A stretch of 63,951 nt of DNA, filler included, from Guillardia theta CCMP2712 (GCF_000315625.1; 8 parts of 6 records of this genome joined end to end with filler, not necessarily neighbours in it); one strand, 5' to 3'. Positions 11,594 through 35,972 are shown, numbered from the whole stretch's first letter. Notes: generated by a model from the sequence alone, not told the origin. A program made the numbers and translations.

Positions 11594-12624
11594 ATGATCC
11601 ATGCTTGCCGCACTTTCGAGTCCTGCCGCCTGAGCGCCCCAGCAGAGAAGGTGAGGAGAGCGCAAGAGAGAAAGACATCGGAACAGATGCAGAGCAGATG
11701 CATGGATGTGTCAGTGTCATTGTGAATGTGCAAGTGCAAAGCACTCGTGAAACTGAGATCCGGAATAGAAAAGTTTGTGCTCGTGTATCGGATCTTTTAC
11801 ATTCCGTTTGCAATGCGTTTCAACAGTGGAGAAATGTGATTCAAGTTAGCAGGAAATCAATGATGTTTTAGATTGTTTTTTTGTATTTGCCATTCTCGTG
11901 TTGTCCTCTCTTGAAAGATGTTGTACTTGTGAAAATGTCCCTTCGAACGAGGTTGTAGGAGGTGGTGTGCTCGAGTGAGTCTTGCCAAAACTTCAGGTAT
12001 GGGCGTTAATTCGTCCCATGTCATTTTCCTGGTGGAAGCTGGTGGACAAGGTTGAAAGCACAAACGGAACTCCAGACCAGGTTGGATCGCTGCATGCTCT
12101 CAAGTACAAGGATGGTCAATCCATCTCCATCAACATCAGGTAGGACGGTCGGCATGGTGGGCAGCGCGAGCTGTGTTGCTCATGGTGTGCAGGGAGCTGA
12201 GCGACATTGAGCACTTCGTCACATGGGAGGTTGTCTCCAGTGATGAGGCGCTTCCGGTTTCGAGCACCATCCACACAATGTGTGTACCGTCCTGATGTGA
12301 ACGTGATAGCAAATTTACTGAATGCCTGCACAGACGGGTCAGGAGGATCACTGCGAGCAACGAGACCTTTGTGGAGTGGTCGACTGACTTCTCCTCTGAT
12401 GCCTCCGCTGAGGTATATTGATGCTCCACTGCTTTGCTAGTTCTCTTCTCCTCTCCCCTTCGCCTCCTTCATGTCTTCTCTCCATCCTGCTACCACAAGT
12501 TCCTCCCACTTTCCCATTCCTTTGCTCCTCTAGCTTGATGCTCACTGGATGCACTCAGGTGATCCAAGACAGCAAGTTCAAGAAGCTCGAGGCGTTCAAG
12601 GACATGGAGGCAGCGATGAAATAA
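11594..12624 (+). CDS. SRPBCC / Bet v1-like (polyketide cyclase-like) protein, 5 exons
   Basis: Exons 11594-11650, 11997-12139, 12193-12279, 12334-12412 and 12559-12624, all GT-AG. Product: FESCRLSAPAEKVWALIRPMSFSWW...TFVEWSTDFSSDASAEVIQDSKFKKLEAFKDM. Confidence 0.8.
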
Positions 12625-12706
12625 ATTCGACGGGACTCCTCCTCTTGTAATTAGACAATGATCGTTGTGGTTGAAGTGAATTAGACGAGGACTTCAGTGA
12701 ACAGGC

Positions 12707-23169
<10,463 letters not shown>

Positions 23170-24069
23170 CTTTAAGGGATGTGCTCAGTCAAGTCTCCTG
23201 CTCAGGTCACATGCTTCCCTTTATGCTCGCACCCGGTGGAACGCTCGACGCATCCAATTGCTCGCATCTGCCCCTCTTGACCCTTCCGCGGGACGAGGAC
23301 GAGGACGAGGGCTCCTCTCGGCCAAGTGCGTCAGGTACCAACAAGGAAGATGAGAGAATGGCGTCCGAGCTCTAGCTTTCCTCCTCTCTCTCTCTCCCTG
23401 CTCAGTCCTTCTCCTCCCCTTCCTCGCCCGCGGCGTCTTCCCTTTCCGCACCCCCCTTGACGTGCATTGACTACCTCCTAAAACTATTGTATGGAAGGCG
23501 CGTACTAAAAACAGGCGAATGTATAAAACTGAGTGGTACAAATGATCGGTTAGCTCCAAGTACATCTCTCTCTAAAAGTTTTATAAGAGTCGTATCCAGT
23601 ACAGAAAAGGTTCCATATAAAATATAAATTGAGATGGTCATAAATTGACCCACACCCACCCAATACTCGCGATGGCGAGCGAAAGGNNNNNNNNNNNNNN
23701 NNNNNNNNNNNNNNNNNNNNNNNNNNNNNNNNNNNNNNNNNNNNNNNNNNNNNNNNNNNNNNNNNNNNNNNNNNNNNNNNNNNNNNCCCCCCCCCCCCCC
23801 ATATCCTCGGGTTGGGGGGGAAAAGGCTTCCCAAGCTTCAAAGTTTCTTTCAGCGCCCATGTCCCCCTCTTCCCTTAGACCCCCCGAAGCCCCCCCCCGG
23901 ATGCCTCCCCTCGTTTTCCTCCCCCCCCCCCCCCCTCCCTCCGTTTCCTCCCCCCCCTCCCCCTCCCTCCGTTTCCTCCCCCCATCCCCTCCCTCCGTTT
24001 CCTCCCCCCCTCTCCTCCCGTTCATGCCCGCTCCTCCCGCTCTCACCTGATGTCAACATAGCCAGGATG

Positions 24070-25062
24070 ATCTAGTCGTCCAACAGAGCAGAGAGCAAGT
24101 TAGACGTCAGCTAGGAAGAGACGAACAGCACGGAGGAGATGGCGAGGGAGACGATAGGAAGACAGAGAAGAGATAGGGATGAGGGAAGGAAGAGGGGGAG
24201 TTGCGAGGGGATCCAGGTTCATGGCAGGTGGAGGGCACTTACCGTCCCTCCTTGCTCGTATGAGTCCTGTAAAAACCCGAAGATGCCCTCGTACAGCGGC
24301 GTTGCCTGACGGAAGAAGATGACGGAAGAAGATGACGGGAGGAGATGACGAGAGGAGATAACGAGAGAGATGACGGGAGATGGGGGGGGGGGGAAGGGGG
24401 AGAGGTGCTACCTCATAGGAAAAATGGCAGGAGGCCCATCGGTGGTCTTTGCCGCACTTCTGGATGAGATTGCAGATCTGTGGAGCGGTCATGAAGCCGT
24501 TCACCTCCTCCCTCCCTCACCGTGTTCTCAAGCATATGGCACCCCACAGGCCCCAGTTGATCTGAGAACTCCGACGTCAAGGGAGCGAGACTCCTGTCCT
24601 GTCCTGTCCTGTCCTGTCCTGTCCTGTCCTGTCCTGTCCTGTCCTGTCCTGTCCTGTCCTGTCCTGTCCTGTCCTGTTTTGTGTTCATTCTCTCCAACGT
24701 TACCTGTGTCGCAAGTGATCGTCTGTACGAGACCTCCATGAGAGTCGAAAATTCGCCCTGGACGACGCAAATGAGCAGAGTGGAAGGAGGACAGGAGAGG
24801 AGGAGGAGGAGAGAGGGAGAAAGGGAGGAAGAGAGGATGGAGAGAGGAGGATAGTAGAGCTTTCCTATCATGTCATTCTCAGCCAAGATGGTCACCTGAC
24901 ATTCACGTCATGAGAGTCTGGCATGTCAGTCGGTACCGTTCGGTTGTGCGCCGCCTGATGTAGCTGTCTGCGGTCCTTTGCGTTCCAGTAGAGATGCTTC
25001 GAGAGCGACTGCGATCATATTTCACCGATGAAGACGCGATGAAGCGACGGCGGCGAAGTAGA

Positions 25063-25100
<38 letters not shown>

Positions 25101-25663
25101 AGACAGGAAGGCAGGAATAACCTGGTATGCTCCAGGAGGAGTGAAGGACACAACAGGCTCGTTGAGTAAAGCTGCGATTACCATCATCATCATCTCGACC
25201 AGCAGTACATGACGTCACCAGCTGCTATATGAGCTATCCCCCCCCCTAACGAGTGACCTGAGAAACTGAAAGGTCAAGTTTGACCTCCAGACGGCGAGGC
25301 CGACCGGTCAAAACGAGCTGATGTGACTGCGGGAGGTCCGGGTAGACCACCTTCCGTATGTACTCAACCACTCGGTTGTACTGCAATGGCACCGTCATGC
25401 AATTAGAACCGAGGAGGAGGAAGAGGAGGAGGAGGAGGAAGAGGAGGAGGAGGAAGGGAATATTGATGAAAGAAGGACGAGGACGGAAGGAGTGGGGGGG
25501 TTGGAGAAGGAGAGAAAAGAAGGGACTGGGAAACAGAGGAGGAACGAGAGAGAACGGAAGAGAAGAGAGGAGATGAGTTGATGGGTTGATAAATTGTCTT
25601 ACCTTATATTCCGGATCTGGAAGGCCCACAGAATCAAGCAGAGCATGCAGCGTGTCGAGAACC
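24070..25663 (-). CDS. Class 3 lipase (alpha/beta hydrolase), 5'-truncated by contig end; 3' end approximate
   Basis: Spliced LVLTG|HSLGGGIAHIAA|ALLNEPVVSFTPPG (GxSxG nucleophile), ENDMIG (Asp) and GCHMLENT (His). Confidence 0.8.
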
Positions 25664-25904
25664 TGAGAGGAGAGAAGAATCAGAAACGATGAGAGGAAGG
25701 AAGAGGAAGAGAGAGGGGTGAAGGAAAAGGGAGAGGAGGAGGAAGAGGGGGAGGAAAGGGGAGAGGAGGAGGAAGAGGGGGAGGAAAGGGGAGAGGAGGA
25801 GGGAAAGAGGGGGGAGGGAAAAAGGGGAGGAGGAGGAGGGAAAGAGGGGGGAGGAAAAAGGGAGAGGACGGAGAAAAAAGGGAGAGGAGGGAGGGAGAGG
25901 GGGA

Positions 25905-26004
25905 NNNNNNNNNNNNNNNNNNNNNNNNNNNNNNNNNNNNNNNNNNNNTTAATTAATTAANNNNNNNNNNNNNNNNNNNNNNNNNNNNNNNNNNNNNNNN
26001 NNNN
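25905..26004. other. Artificial contig linker N-TTAATTAATTAA-N (also at 32545, 52001, 55122, 58777, 60633, 62506)
   Basis: Identical 100-bp structure each time, with stops in all six frames. Confidence 0.97.
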
Positions 26005-26039
26005 TCCTTTCCTACCTTTCCCCCTCGTATCATTCATTT

Positions 26040-28507
26040 CATTTCAGACCTGCAGCTTCCTCGCTGGACCACCGCGATCTTCCCCTCCAGCTGCTGAGCA
26101 TTCTTGATGGGCCTGCGGGAAAGTGTAAACTGACAAGGGGTAGGAAGACAGAGGAGGGGGGGGAAGAGAACAACAAGAGCATAGAAAAAGACAGGGAAGA
26201 GATCAAGATTGGGAAAGAGATTGAGAATGGGTGGAGGGAGGGAGGAGGAATGGAAGAGAAAAGATGGGGAAGGACGAGACTTGTTAGCTCGGAAAGGCAC
26301 AGCGTAAGCGAGCTTCGCGTCAATGGCTTTCTTCTTGCAATGCGAGTAATTGCCAAGCCCAACTGAAGAAGCGAGAAAGTCAAGAGGAGGAAGGAGACAA
26401 AGAATAGAGAGGAAGAAAGGGAGGGAGAAGGAAAGAGCTCTGTGGTCTTACATGGTTGGGTCTTATCACCCCTTGAGCAAGCTGTGATGGTAACCCTTGT
26501 AGTCTCTTCGATTGTATCCGGCTCGTCGAGAAGCTCTGAGGAGTTTCAACTATGAGACAACGCAAGGCAAGGCAAGGCAAGGCAAGGCAAGGTAAGGTAG
26601 GGTAGGGTAGGGAAGGGTAGGGAAGGGAAGAGTAAGGAGGGTAAGGCAGGGAATGGGAGGGGAGGAAAGGGGGGGGCGGGGGGTCCCTCACCTTTTGAGA
26701 TGGGCTCAGCGCCCTCGGAGAGTTTCTTAGTGCCGTCATAAGTAACGCGATATCGCCGTCCCGTCTTGAGCTCCAGCAGGATGCCCTCGCCCTTGGGCTT
26801 GTGCTGCATCTGCTCTCACTGCTGCTCCCGTCACCTCCTCTTACCATCTCGAAGGTCCCCGTCATCATATCGCCGTTGGGGAAAAAGAACTTTCCTTTGC
26901 CGTGCATCATCTACGGAGGACGTGAGACGAGACCAGAAAGGTTGACATCCCCTCACGTCTCCCCTCCTCCTCCTCCAGACTTCATCCCACCTGATCTTTC
27001 ATCTCCCCGTGGTATGCCATGTCCAACTCATTCCAGATGCTCCTCCCGAACCCGTTGGCTGCTCCCGACACAAACTCTCCTTCGAAGTCTCCGTTGCGAA
27101 ACATGACGCGAGCCCATCCAGTACTGCCAGCAAGTGAGACGGCAGGAGGTCACTGGCTGCACCTACAGCTCGGGTGGGAGACCCTTGGACCCGTCGATCG
27201 CGTTGCCGCCGGGAGGAACACCTCCCTGCGCCACGAGTGACTCGCCTGGGAGGAGGCAGAGCAGAAGGAGGTCGAAGCATACCGTAGATTGACTCGGTGC
27301 TTGAGATGAAGCAACAGACTGAAAGATGCCAAGCGATCAAACATGGAGAGGCAAAAGCGTGCTGAACCTGTGCTTCACCTGCTCCCGAGGAAATAGGATC
27401 CTGCACAGGCTGTGAGGAAGGAGGAGGAGGAGGAAGAAGAGCACCTTGTCAAGTGCCTTCTCACTCTCACTGCGCACGCCAACGTCGCTTGAGAAGCTTC
27501 GAGCAGTGCTAGGGAGCGACGTTCGCATCTCCTGCTGCAGAGGATGAGGGTCTCCAGGCAAGGAGGCGATCTCCTTCACCTGGATCTCTTTGACGAGAGC
27601 TGCCTTTTCCTGCTGCGCCTGAAGTGGAACAAAAGCATGGAAGGAAACATGTCACGTCCTGCTCGAGCTGACGAGCATCACTCGCCTGCTGCTGCATCAG
27701 AGCCATCTGACGCCTCATCTCTTCGATCTGCTGCTCCAACGCTGCCGTCTTTGATGGCTCCCCATCCTGCCACAAACTCGCTGAGCGACTTTCAGCAACC
27801 GCACACGCCTGCCTTGCTCCCATCATCCCACGAGGGGGGGCGAGCTGCCTGAAGTGAAGTCAGCATGAGTCGAGCAGCTGCAAGGTAATGGCATGTAGCG
27901 CACTTGATCTTGACGGGCGCTAGATCGCGCGAGCCACCTGTCGAGCTTCGACTGCTTCGGTTGAGACCCTTCGCTCGTGGGGGACGCGATTGAACCTGAG
28001 AGGTAGAGCCGATTGACCGCTGATACTACCTTCGACCGCACCCATCCACCCACCTCCTCCTCTCCTCCTCCTGTACCTCTGCCCCATCCTCCTCTCCTCC
28101 TCCTGTACCTCTGCTATTATGTCTTGCCCTCTCGCCCCATCCTATCCACCGACATCAGTGTCCAACAGGAAGCAACCATCTCACCATTTGATCCAGCAAT
28201 TTGGCAGACTCTCTGCTCGAGCTCTGCAACGTCCGGGTGTCACATACACGGGGAGGGGAGCGAAGAAGAGAGGGCGGAGGGATGAGACACAAGAGAAGCG
28301 ATGGTGACGAGAGGACAGCAAGGCAAGCTCGTCAGAACGTCTGAGACTGACCGAGTCTTGCGAGTTTCGATTCTTAGCAGCTTCTACGCGCTTCACCCAT
28401 TTGTCCAGCTTTGCTTTGCCGGACATGAGGGTCCTGCAGCAGGAATTGAGAATTGAAACGAGACTCCTTCCGCCAATCTTTCCATCAACGTCTTTGACTT
28501 CGATCAT
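26040..28507 (-). CDS. Coiled-coil + MORN repeats + PA (protease-associated) domain protein, 3'-truncated
   Basis: YHGEMKDQ|MMHGKGKFFFPNGDMMTGTF...PKGEGIL are MORN repeats; PIKNAQQLEGKIAVVQRGSC is the PA motif; LEQQIEEMRRQMALMQQQ is coiled coil. Linkage of the upstream exons is tentative. Confidence 0.6.
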
Positions 28508-30440
28508 ACAGCTTTACCTCCCTGAACTCCTCCCCCCTACCACCCTCCCTCCCTCCCTCCCTCCCTCCCTCCCTCCCTCCCTGTTTCTCTTCTCCTTCCC
28601 TTCCTCCCCTTCTGCATTGCCCCTCTGCCATCAATCTATTTTTATCGCTCCCATTCCGATCATCATCGCCCTCATACCCTGCACCTCATAGCACACCGCC
28701 CGGTGTGATCGCCGCCGCGACTTCAGGGCCCGGCCCGGCCTTCCACTAGCACTAGAAAGCTTTCGGAGCGGCAGTCTGACGACCGTCACACTGTAGAGGC
28801 GAACAAGCTCAGGCGCTACCGATTGGCATCATGGTATGATCATCGGATCATGGAACTGACTCAGCCTGGCTGCGGCCCCGGCACATGCAACGATCGGACG
28901 GCCGGGCTCACGGTAGGACGACTACTACATGCAAGGATGACTAGACAACATGCAAGGGCGACTAGACATGCAAGGACGTGACTTTAACAGGCAGTTCGAA
29001 CTTGGAGTGATGCCTTTATTGGCATGCAGTAAGGAGACCGCGCAATGGAGCTTACGAATAGTCGAGGTGCACACAATTTCAACCATTAATGCTGTTTTGT
29101 CAAGCTCAGAACTGAATCAAATAACTTGAGGTGGCCACGGCGTTTCACTGTTTCCTTATACGGAATGAAACAAACTGTTGCTCAGCATTTGATTCAGTCC
29201 TGACGTCCTCTAAAGGTTATATCTGCATTTGAGTCACCTTGTCTTTCCCTTCCTCTCCCCTTCCCTACCTCTTCCCCCTCCTTCCCAAAATTCCTTAAAC
29301 CCTACCTCTCCATGCCATGCTCTCACCTACTACCATCGGATTTTCCTTCCTCCGGTCTCTTCGACTGAATCAGCAGAAACTGAAGCATTTCTTCCCTTAA
29401 CTTGCACCTCCTTGATGTACATGCGGTCACTTCATGACAAACTTTCGGACGGAGCAAAGCTCCTCCTGCTCCTCCTCTCCCCCTCCTCTCCTTCTCCCTC
29501 TTTCCCCTTCCTTTCCTTTGCACCTACTCTCCTCCCTCTCATCCTCCTCCACTTCCTCCTCCTCCTCCTTCTCTGCCCATGCTCCTTCTGCCATGCTGCT
29601 TGGTCCATGCGAGCCTTTCCATTTCACTTTCTAAAAAACTGTACCTGAAAGTTTACTCAAATGTAAAGGGTCGGTTTGAGTAAAATGATGGCGGTTACCT
29701 CTGAGGATCTGCCCCCGGGGGTGGGGGTGGTAAATGAAATGTCTGCTAGGGGGTGGGGTACTGTTAGACAGTTGGAGTTGGGATGGTGTGAATTGAGGGG
29801 TAGGGGTACCTTGATGGGAGAAACCGAGGGGGTGGGGTGGGTATCCCTTGTAATTTATTGAGTAAATTGCTGGCCGTTACCTATGAACAAGTTTTATAAG
29901 TCAGGATATCTAAAACTAAATAATAGATGGGGCTTGATTACTATGGATGAGAGAACTAAAATATTTTGAAATCTATATAAGGTCGTTTGGTGGTAGCAAA
30001 AGTGAATATAACAGACTGAAATTAGTGGTGGTCTGATAAATAATTCTCACAAAACCCTATACAAAATATTTTATAATATATATATATAATTAGGGTGTTC
30101 TTTATTATTTGTACTTCTTTACCAAATAGCAGTACAGTCCCAAAATTTTCTGCTTTCCTTTCGACACGTACCAATTTTACTCAACTGAGGGCCATGGCGG
30201 GCAAGCAGCGCTGCAGTAGGATGAGGGCTTGTTGAGGAAGAGGCGGAGGGAGAAGAGGGAGAAGAAAAGAAGAAAGGAAGAGACCGATCAGCTTCTGACT
30301 ACTGGACGTGTCGTGGTGTGCTCCTGCCTCTGGTCTTGTCGTGTTCTGCTGCAAGCGCGTCGCTGCCTTCTTTGTTGGTTTGCACTTGATTGGGGCTATC
30401 CTCGTGCGCCTCGACGTCTCATCGCGGAAGGACAGCCGCA

Positions 30441-32478
30441 ATGTCTGACCACATGGATTGTAACAGAGAGAACGACTGCCATTACCTTGCTCGCTCCATT
30501 CAGAGCACCAACAACACTAATGCCGGATCGGGTCCGATGACTGATGTTGCCACAAACTCTCCACATATAGCATCGGCATACAAGGATGGATGGTCACCCT
30601 ACGGTCTTTGTTCCAGTCCCCCTGCTAGGCGAAAAGTTTGTCCATCCACGTTCTCGACGGCAACCGACAGATTCATTCCATGCCGTGCTCCTCTAGACAC
30701 CAAGTTTTCCAACTTTCTGCTCTCCAACTACGGCGACGTTCATGATTGTGAAAGTTCTCCCAGCCGACAAGACTACATGAACACGCTCAAACAGAGTGTG
30801 CTAGAAGGGCAGGCTGATGCCATGGTGCTTCCACTGCGCCCGAGGGAAACGGCAGATCAGCCTACAGGAGAAAGTTTCACTTCGTTCCTCTCGTCAGAGA
30901 ATGGCTCGATGAAGAGGAGACGTACTACTAGGTTCATACCCAAGTCGCCCGACAAGATTTTGGATGCTCCTGACTTGGTGGACGACTATTATCTGAACCT
31001 TCTTGACTGGAGCAAGTCAAACATCCTCGCTGTGGCACTGAGGCAAAGCGTGTTCCTCTGGAATGCGTCGAATGGAGCAGCGCACAAACTGATGGAGACT
31101 AGCGGGAGGGGGAACATCGTCACCTCCCTGGCATGGGGAGATGTGCCGAGTGGCAACACGCTAGCAGTCGGAACTCACTTCTCAGAAGTCCAGCTGTGGG
31201 ACGTTACGACTGGAACTGTGATCAGACAGATGGGGGGTCATCGATCCCGCGTCTCGAGCATGTCTTGGAATGGACAGGTACACTGCCGCTTGCTCGCTGT
31301 CTTGAGCTCATTCTCACCCTCATCCTTCTCATCCTTCTCATCCTCATCCTCTCCCTGCAGATTGTTAGCAGTGGCTCCCGCGACTCGACCATCCACAACC
31401 ATGATGTGCGGGCACGAGACCACCAGGTGACGCAGCGTGAATGTTAGGGTAGAGGGGTTTAGGTTTAGGTTTAGGTTTAGTTTCGAACGCCATTACTGAC
31501 CGTTCCTCTGCGGCCCACAGGTGGCGGAACTGATAGGACACACTCAAGAAGTCTGCGGGCTGAAATGGTCCCCGCAAGGCACTCAGTTGGCATCGGGCGG
31601 CAACGACAACATCTTGAACATCTGGGAGGTAAGGAGGATCTGCTGTGACTTACTGCTGAACTGCTCGTTCGTGTCAGTCTCGGCGCAACCAATCGAAATT
31701 CTCCATCGCCAGACACCAGGTGGGCCTGCTGAGCGCTTTGCTCCCTCGTCTCATGCGCTTTTACCCGCTACAGGCAGCGGTGAAGGCATTGGCATGGTGC
31801 CCCTTTCATTCGAACCTGCTCGCCTCAGGAGGAGGAACTGCCGACAGGAAGATCTGTTTATGGAACACGAGCAATGGGCAGTGCATGAACGAGGTCGACA
31901 CCAAATCGCAGGTAAGGCTGCAGATGCAATAGCGTGCGATGTGGTGGCGATTTTTCCTTCCTCACTTGCCCTGGCAGGTCTGTGCGGTCCAGTGGTCAAC
32001 ACATGACAGGTGGAGGATGCAGCGAGGGTGCGGGAGTTGATGCTGATCGGGTGGCAGGGAGCTTGTATCCTCCCATGGGTTCACACATAACCAGTTGATC
32101 CTGTGGCGATACGCGGGGAGGTGAAGGAGCCTGGAGAGCATGCTCATGCTGATGCTGCTGCAGAGGACGAGTGCACAAGGTTGTGGAGCTGACCGGACAT
32201 CAAGCTCGCGTGCTGCACATGGCGCAGTCGCCGGACGGCACTACGATTGGTGAGGAGGGATTGGGAGAGGAGGGGGGAGGTGAAGGTGACGCCCTGGCAG
32301 TCTCAGCAGCGGCAGACGAGACGCTGAGGTTTTGGCGCATCCTCGGGTCGCCGACCAGGTTGGGGGCGAGAGATGCTGATGCGATGCATGCGGTTGTGAT
32401 GAGCCGAGCAGGAGCGCGGCGAAGCTCAAGATGGAGCACTCCTCTCGCGGTCTGCTGGGGGCGAACTGCATCCGATAG
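30441..32478 (+). CDS. CDC20: APC/C activator of the CDC20/Fizzy (or CDH1) family
   Basis: C-box DRFIPCR; [20 protein letters not shown]; WD40 repeats [22 protein letters not shown] and [11 protein letters not shown]; C-terminal IR tail (NCIR*). CDC20 versus CDH1 is not resolved. Confidence 0.93.
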
Positions 32479-32644
32479 GCGACGAGAGAGCGAGAGAGCG
32501 ATTCTAAGATTGTTGAATAATAAAGACCGACAGACAGACCTCCTNNNNNNNNNNNNNNNNNNNNNNNNNNNNNNNNNNNNNNNNNNNNTTAATTAATTAA
32601 NNNNNNNNNNNNNNNNNNNNNNNNNNNNNNNNNNNNNNNNNNNN

Positions 32645-32800
32645 GAAGTTGAGGGTGTCGACCGGCAGCGTGTACTTCCTCGCGTAGTTCTGCATGGCCC
32701 CCGTCATGAACGCATGCACGAAGAAGAAGTCCCGACAGCCAGAACGTGGCCGGCTGCTTGTTGTCGATCCAACTCTGGAAGAAGGAGAGCCCGGCGACTA
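32645..32800 (-). CDS. Dynein heavy chain C-terminal exon fragment with a +1 frameshift
   Basis: [20 protein letters not shown] / [28 protein letters not shown]. Confidence 0.8.
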
Positions 32801-32813
32801 CTGTCTGCTGATG

Positions 32814-32899
<86 letters not shown>

Positions 32900-32907
32900 T
32901 GCTGCTG

Positions 32908-32951
<44 letters not shown>

Positions 32952-33036
32952 AGTCCTTCTGCTTCTCTCATCTACTTCAACTCCTGTTATCTGATTTCTG
33001 TTTTTCTGCTCCTCCTTGTGCTGTTAACAAGATTGA

Positions 33037-33331
33037 CCTTTTCTGTGTCGATTTTCTGCAGAAACGGGGAGAGCTGTGACAAGTACATCGAAGTCAGAGC
33101 TTGGAGGGCAGGAGCAGCAGGTGCAGGAGCAGGAGCAACAGCAGGAGCAACAGCAGGAGCAACAGCAGGAGCAACAGCAGGAGCAACAGCAGGAGCAACA
33201 GCAGGAGCAGGAGCAGGAGCAACAGCAGGAGCAACAGCAGGAGCAACAGCAGGAGCAACAGCAGGAGCAACAGCAGGAGCAACAGCAGGAGCAACAGCAG
33301 GAGCAACAGCAGGAGCAACAGCAGGAGCAAC

Positions 33332-33364
<33 letters not shown>

Positions 33365-33961
33365 AGCAGGTTTGACAGGAACAAGGATGCGGCTGAAGTC
33401 TCAGAGAGGAGAGGGAATCAGAAGAGATGGAGGAGGAGCAAGAGATGGAGGAGGAGCAGACCTGAGCTTTGGTGAGATGCTGAACATTCCAGGCAAGAGA
33501 TCCGTCGAAGGTCTGTGAAGGAGTGAGGAGAGAGGGAATGAAGAGTAGAGACATGAGAGGAGGAGCAGGAGGAGGACAAGGTGAGAGGAGGAAAAGAGGA
33601 GGGAGGAGTGCATGGAAGGAAGGCGAAAGCACATGACCAGCAGCAGCAGCAGCACCAGCACCAGCACCAGCACCAGCACCAGCACCAGCACCAGCACCAG
33701 CAGCACCACCAGCAGCAGCACCACCACCACCACCACCAGCACCACCACCAGCAGCAGCACCACCACCACCACCACCACCAGCACCACCACCACCACCACC
33801 AGCACCACCAGCACCACCACCACCACCACCAGCATGAATTCGTTCACCTGTGTCTGGCTTACAAACATCGCTGCTACGCTGTTAGAGGATGGGATTCCCT
33901 GCGTATCATCAGCTCACGAGACACCCTGCTGGTGCTGGTGCTGTTGATGATGATGATGATA

Positions 33962-34002
<41 letters not shown>

Positions 34003-34536
34003 AATGATGATGATGATGATGATGATGATGATGCTCCAGCTTCTCCCTTCCCTGCTCTTCCCCCCCCCCTCTCTCTCCCCTCTGTTCCTGCGCCGCAATC
34101 TCGTCCCTGTCCGCGACCTGCCACGTCTCCTACCTTGCAGAACGCGTCGAGCACATTCTTCTTGCGGAGGTTGACTCGCTTCTTCTTCCTGACGTCCTGC
34201 AGTCCATACTCAGCCCATGGCAACTCGCAGGAGGAGGAGGGAAGTGGTTGAAAGGACAAGACGGGGAAGAAAGGGGAACCGAGGAGAGTGAAGAGAGGGA
34301 AGGACGAAGGTAGAGAAGAGAGGAAAGGAGAAGAAGATTTGTAGCGAGTGAGTAGCAGCAACAATAGCAGCAGTGGTGTAGGAGGAAGGGCGGGAGCGGA
34401 GGGTGAGGGAAGGAGCATCAGCACCAGTAACAACTCGAGTAGCAGCCGGAGCAGCAGCAGTAACAACAGCAGCAGCACCACCACCACCACCACCACCACC
34501 ACCAACAGCAACAGCAGCAGCAGCAGCAGCACCACC

Positions 34537-34567
<31 letters not shown>

Positions 34568-34587
34568 GCAGCAGCAGCAGCAGCACC

Positions 34588-34682
<95 letters not shown>

Positions 34683-35972
34683 CAACAACAAAGGAACTCA
34701 CGTTGGTAGTAGCTGAGGTGAAGTACCACGCGATGGTCACCCCCTCGAGGAAGAAGCAAGTTTGCGGGATTTTGACCTGCGCCGTCTGCTGGAGTCCTGA
34801 CGGGTGGAGGGGAACCTGAGTGTCCCGATGATTCATCCTGCAGCCTGTCAGTCAGCTACAGAGATAAACATAGAGAGAGAAAGAGAAGATGGTGGATAGC
34901 TGGCAGGAGCAGGAGGAGGAGCAGGAGGAGATGGAGGAGCAGGAGGAGGGGGTGCAGGAGTACAAGCAGGAGGAGGAGCAGGAGGAGGAGGAGGAGGAGA
35001 TGGAGGAGGGGGTGCAGGAACAGCAGCAGCAGCAGCAGCAGCAGGAGATGGAGCAGGAGCAGGAGCAGCAGCAGGAGATGGAGATGGAGCAGGAGCAGAA
35101 GCAGCAGGTGGTGGCTGTAGTGGAGCAGCAGTAGCAGCAGCAGCTCACCATCGAAGGAAGACGCCATAGTCCACCACGGTCTCCTCCTGCTCCCCCTGCT
35201 GCTTCTCCTTGAGCGTTCGCAGCTGCCACCTGTCGCTGCCCCTGCTCCACGTCCCAGCACTGAATGAAAGAGCGCTGTCCTCCTGCCTCGGCTCCTGAGA
35301 GCTGCTGCCCTCTCGTCTCATCTGGTCCACTTTGTCGGCACCCCTCTCCCCCTCCCAAGCTGCGTCCTCTTCCTCCTCGTCGTCTGCCTCCCCCTGCTCC
35401 CCCCGCCCCCCCCGCTGGTTTCGCCCGTCTTGCTCCTCCTGCTCACTCTCCTGCTCCTCCCCTCGCTCCTCTCCTTCGGAATGATCATCAGCAGAGCCAT
35501 TGGAGGAGAGCCGTCCTTCACTTTCCGAGTACAAACTCACATCCCCGCTGCTTTCCGCCTCCTGGTTGCCACCACCCTCCTCCCTCCCCTCCCCTCCCCT
35601 CCCCTCCCCCTCCCTCCCCTCATCACTCTTCGCCATCAGCCGTCCACCGCTCGCCTTCAGGTCCTCCTCCTCCTCCTCCTCCTCCTCCTTCCCGCTCCTC
35701 CTGTTCTCTTCATTGAACTTCACTTTCCTGACTTGCCGCTTGAAGTACATATCTGATACCCACTTCTTTGACAGCTGAAACCCGGGAGGAAGCGTGTCCG
35801 CCACCTCCTCTTGCGCTCGAGGAGTGGGCATGATCTCTGCAGAGACCTTGTTGGCCTGACCCTGCTCCCTCTTCTCCTGTGCACTCCTTGCACTCTGCCC
35901 CAGGTACTGCTCGACGTCTGCCTGAGACCATGTGCTCTGCGACAGTCGCCTGCGACGTCCATCTTCTGCCAT
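33037..35972 (-). CDS. Hypothetical multi-exon protein with an acidic N-terminal region
   Basis: Long exon 35148-35972 followed by GT-AG-bounded exons (VKIPQTCFFLEGVTIAWYFTS; VNLRKKNVLDAFCK; TFDGSLAWNVQHLTKAQ; LSPFLQKIDTEK) between SSR-filled introns. Confidence 0.55.

Noticed and set aside
25949-25960. TTAATTAATTAA palindrome occurring seven times
   Set aside because: Artificial linker inside N runs. It is not a TSD or TAM, and adjacency across these linkers carries no meaning.
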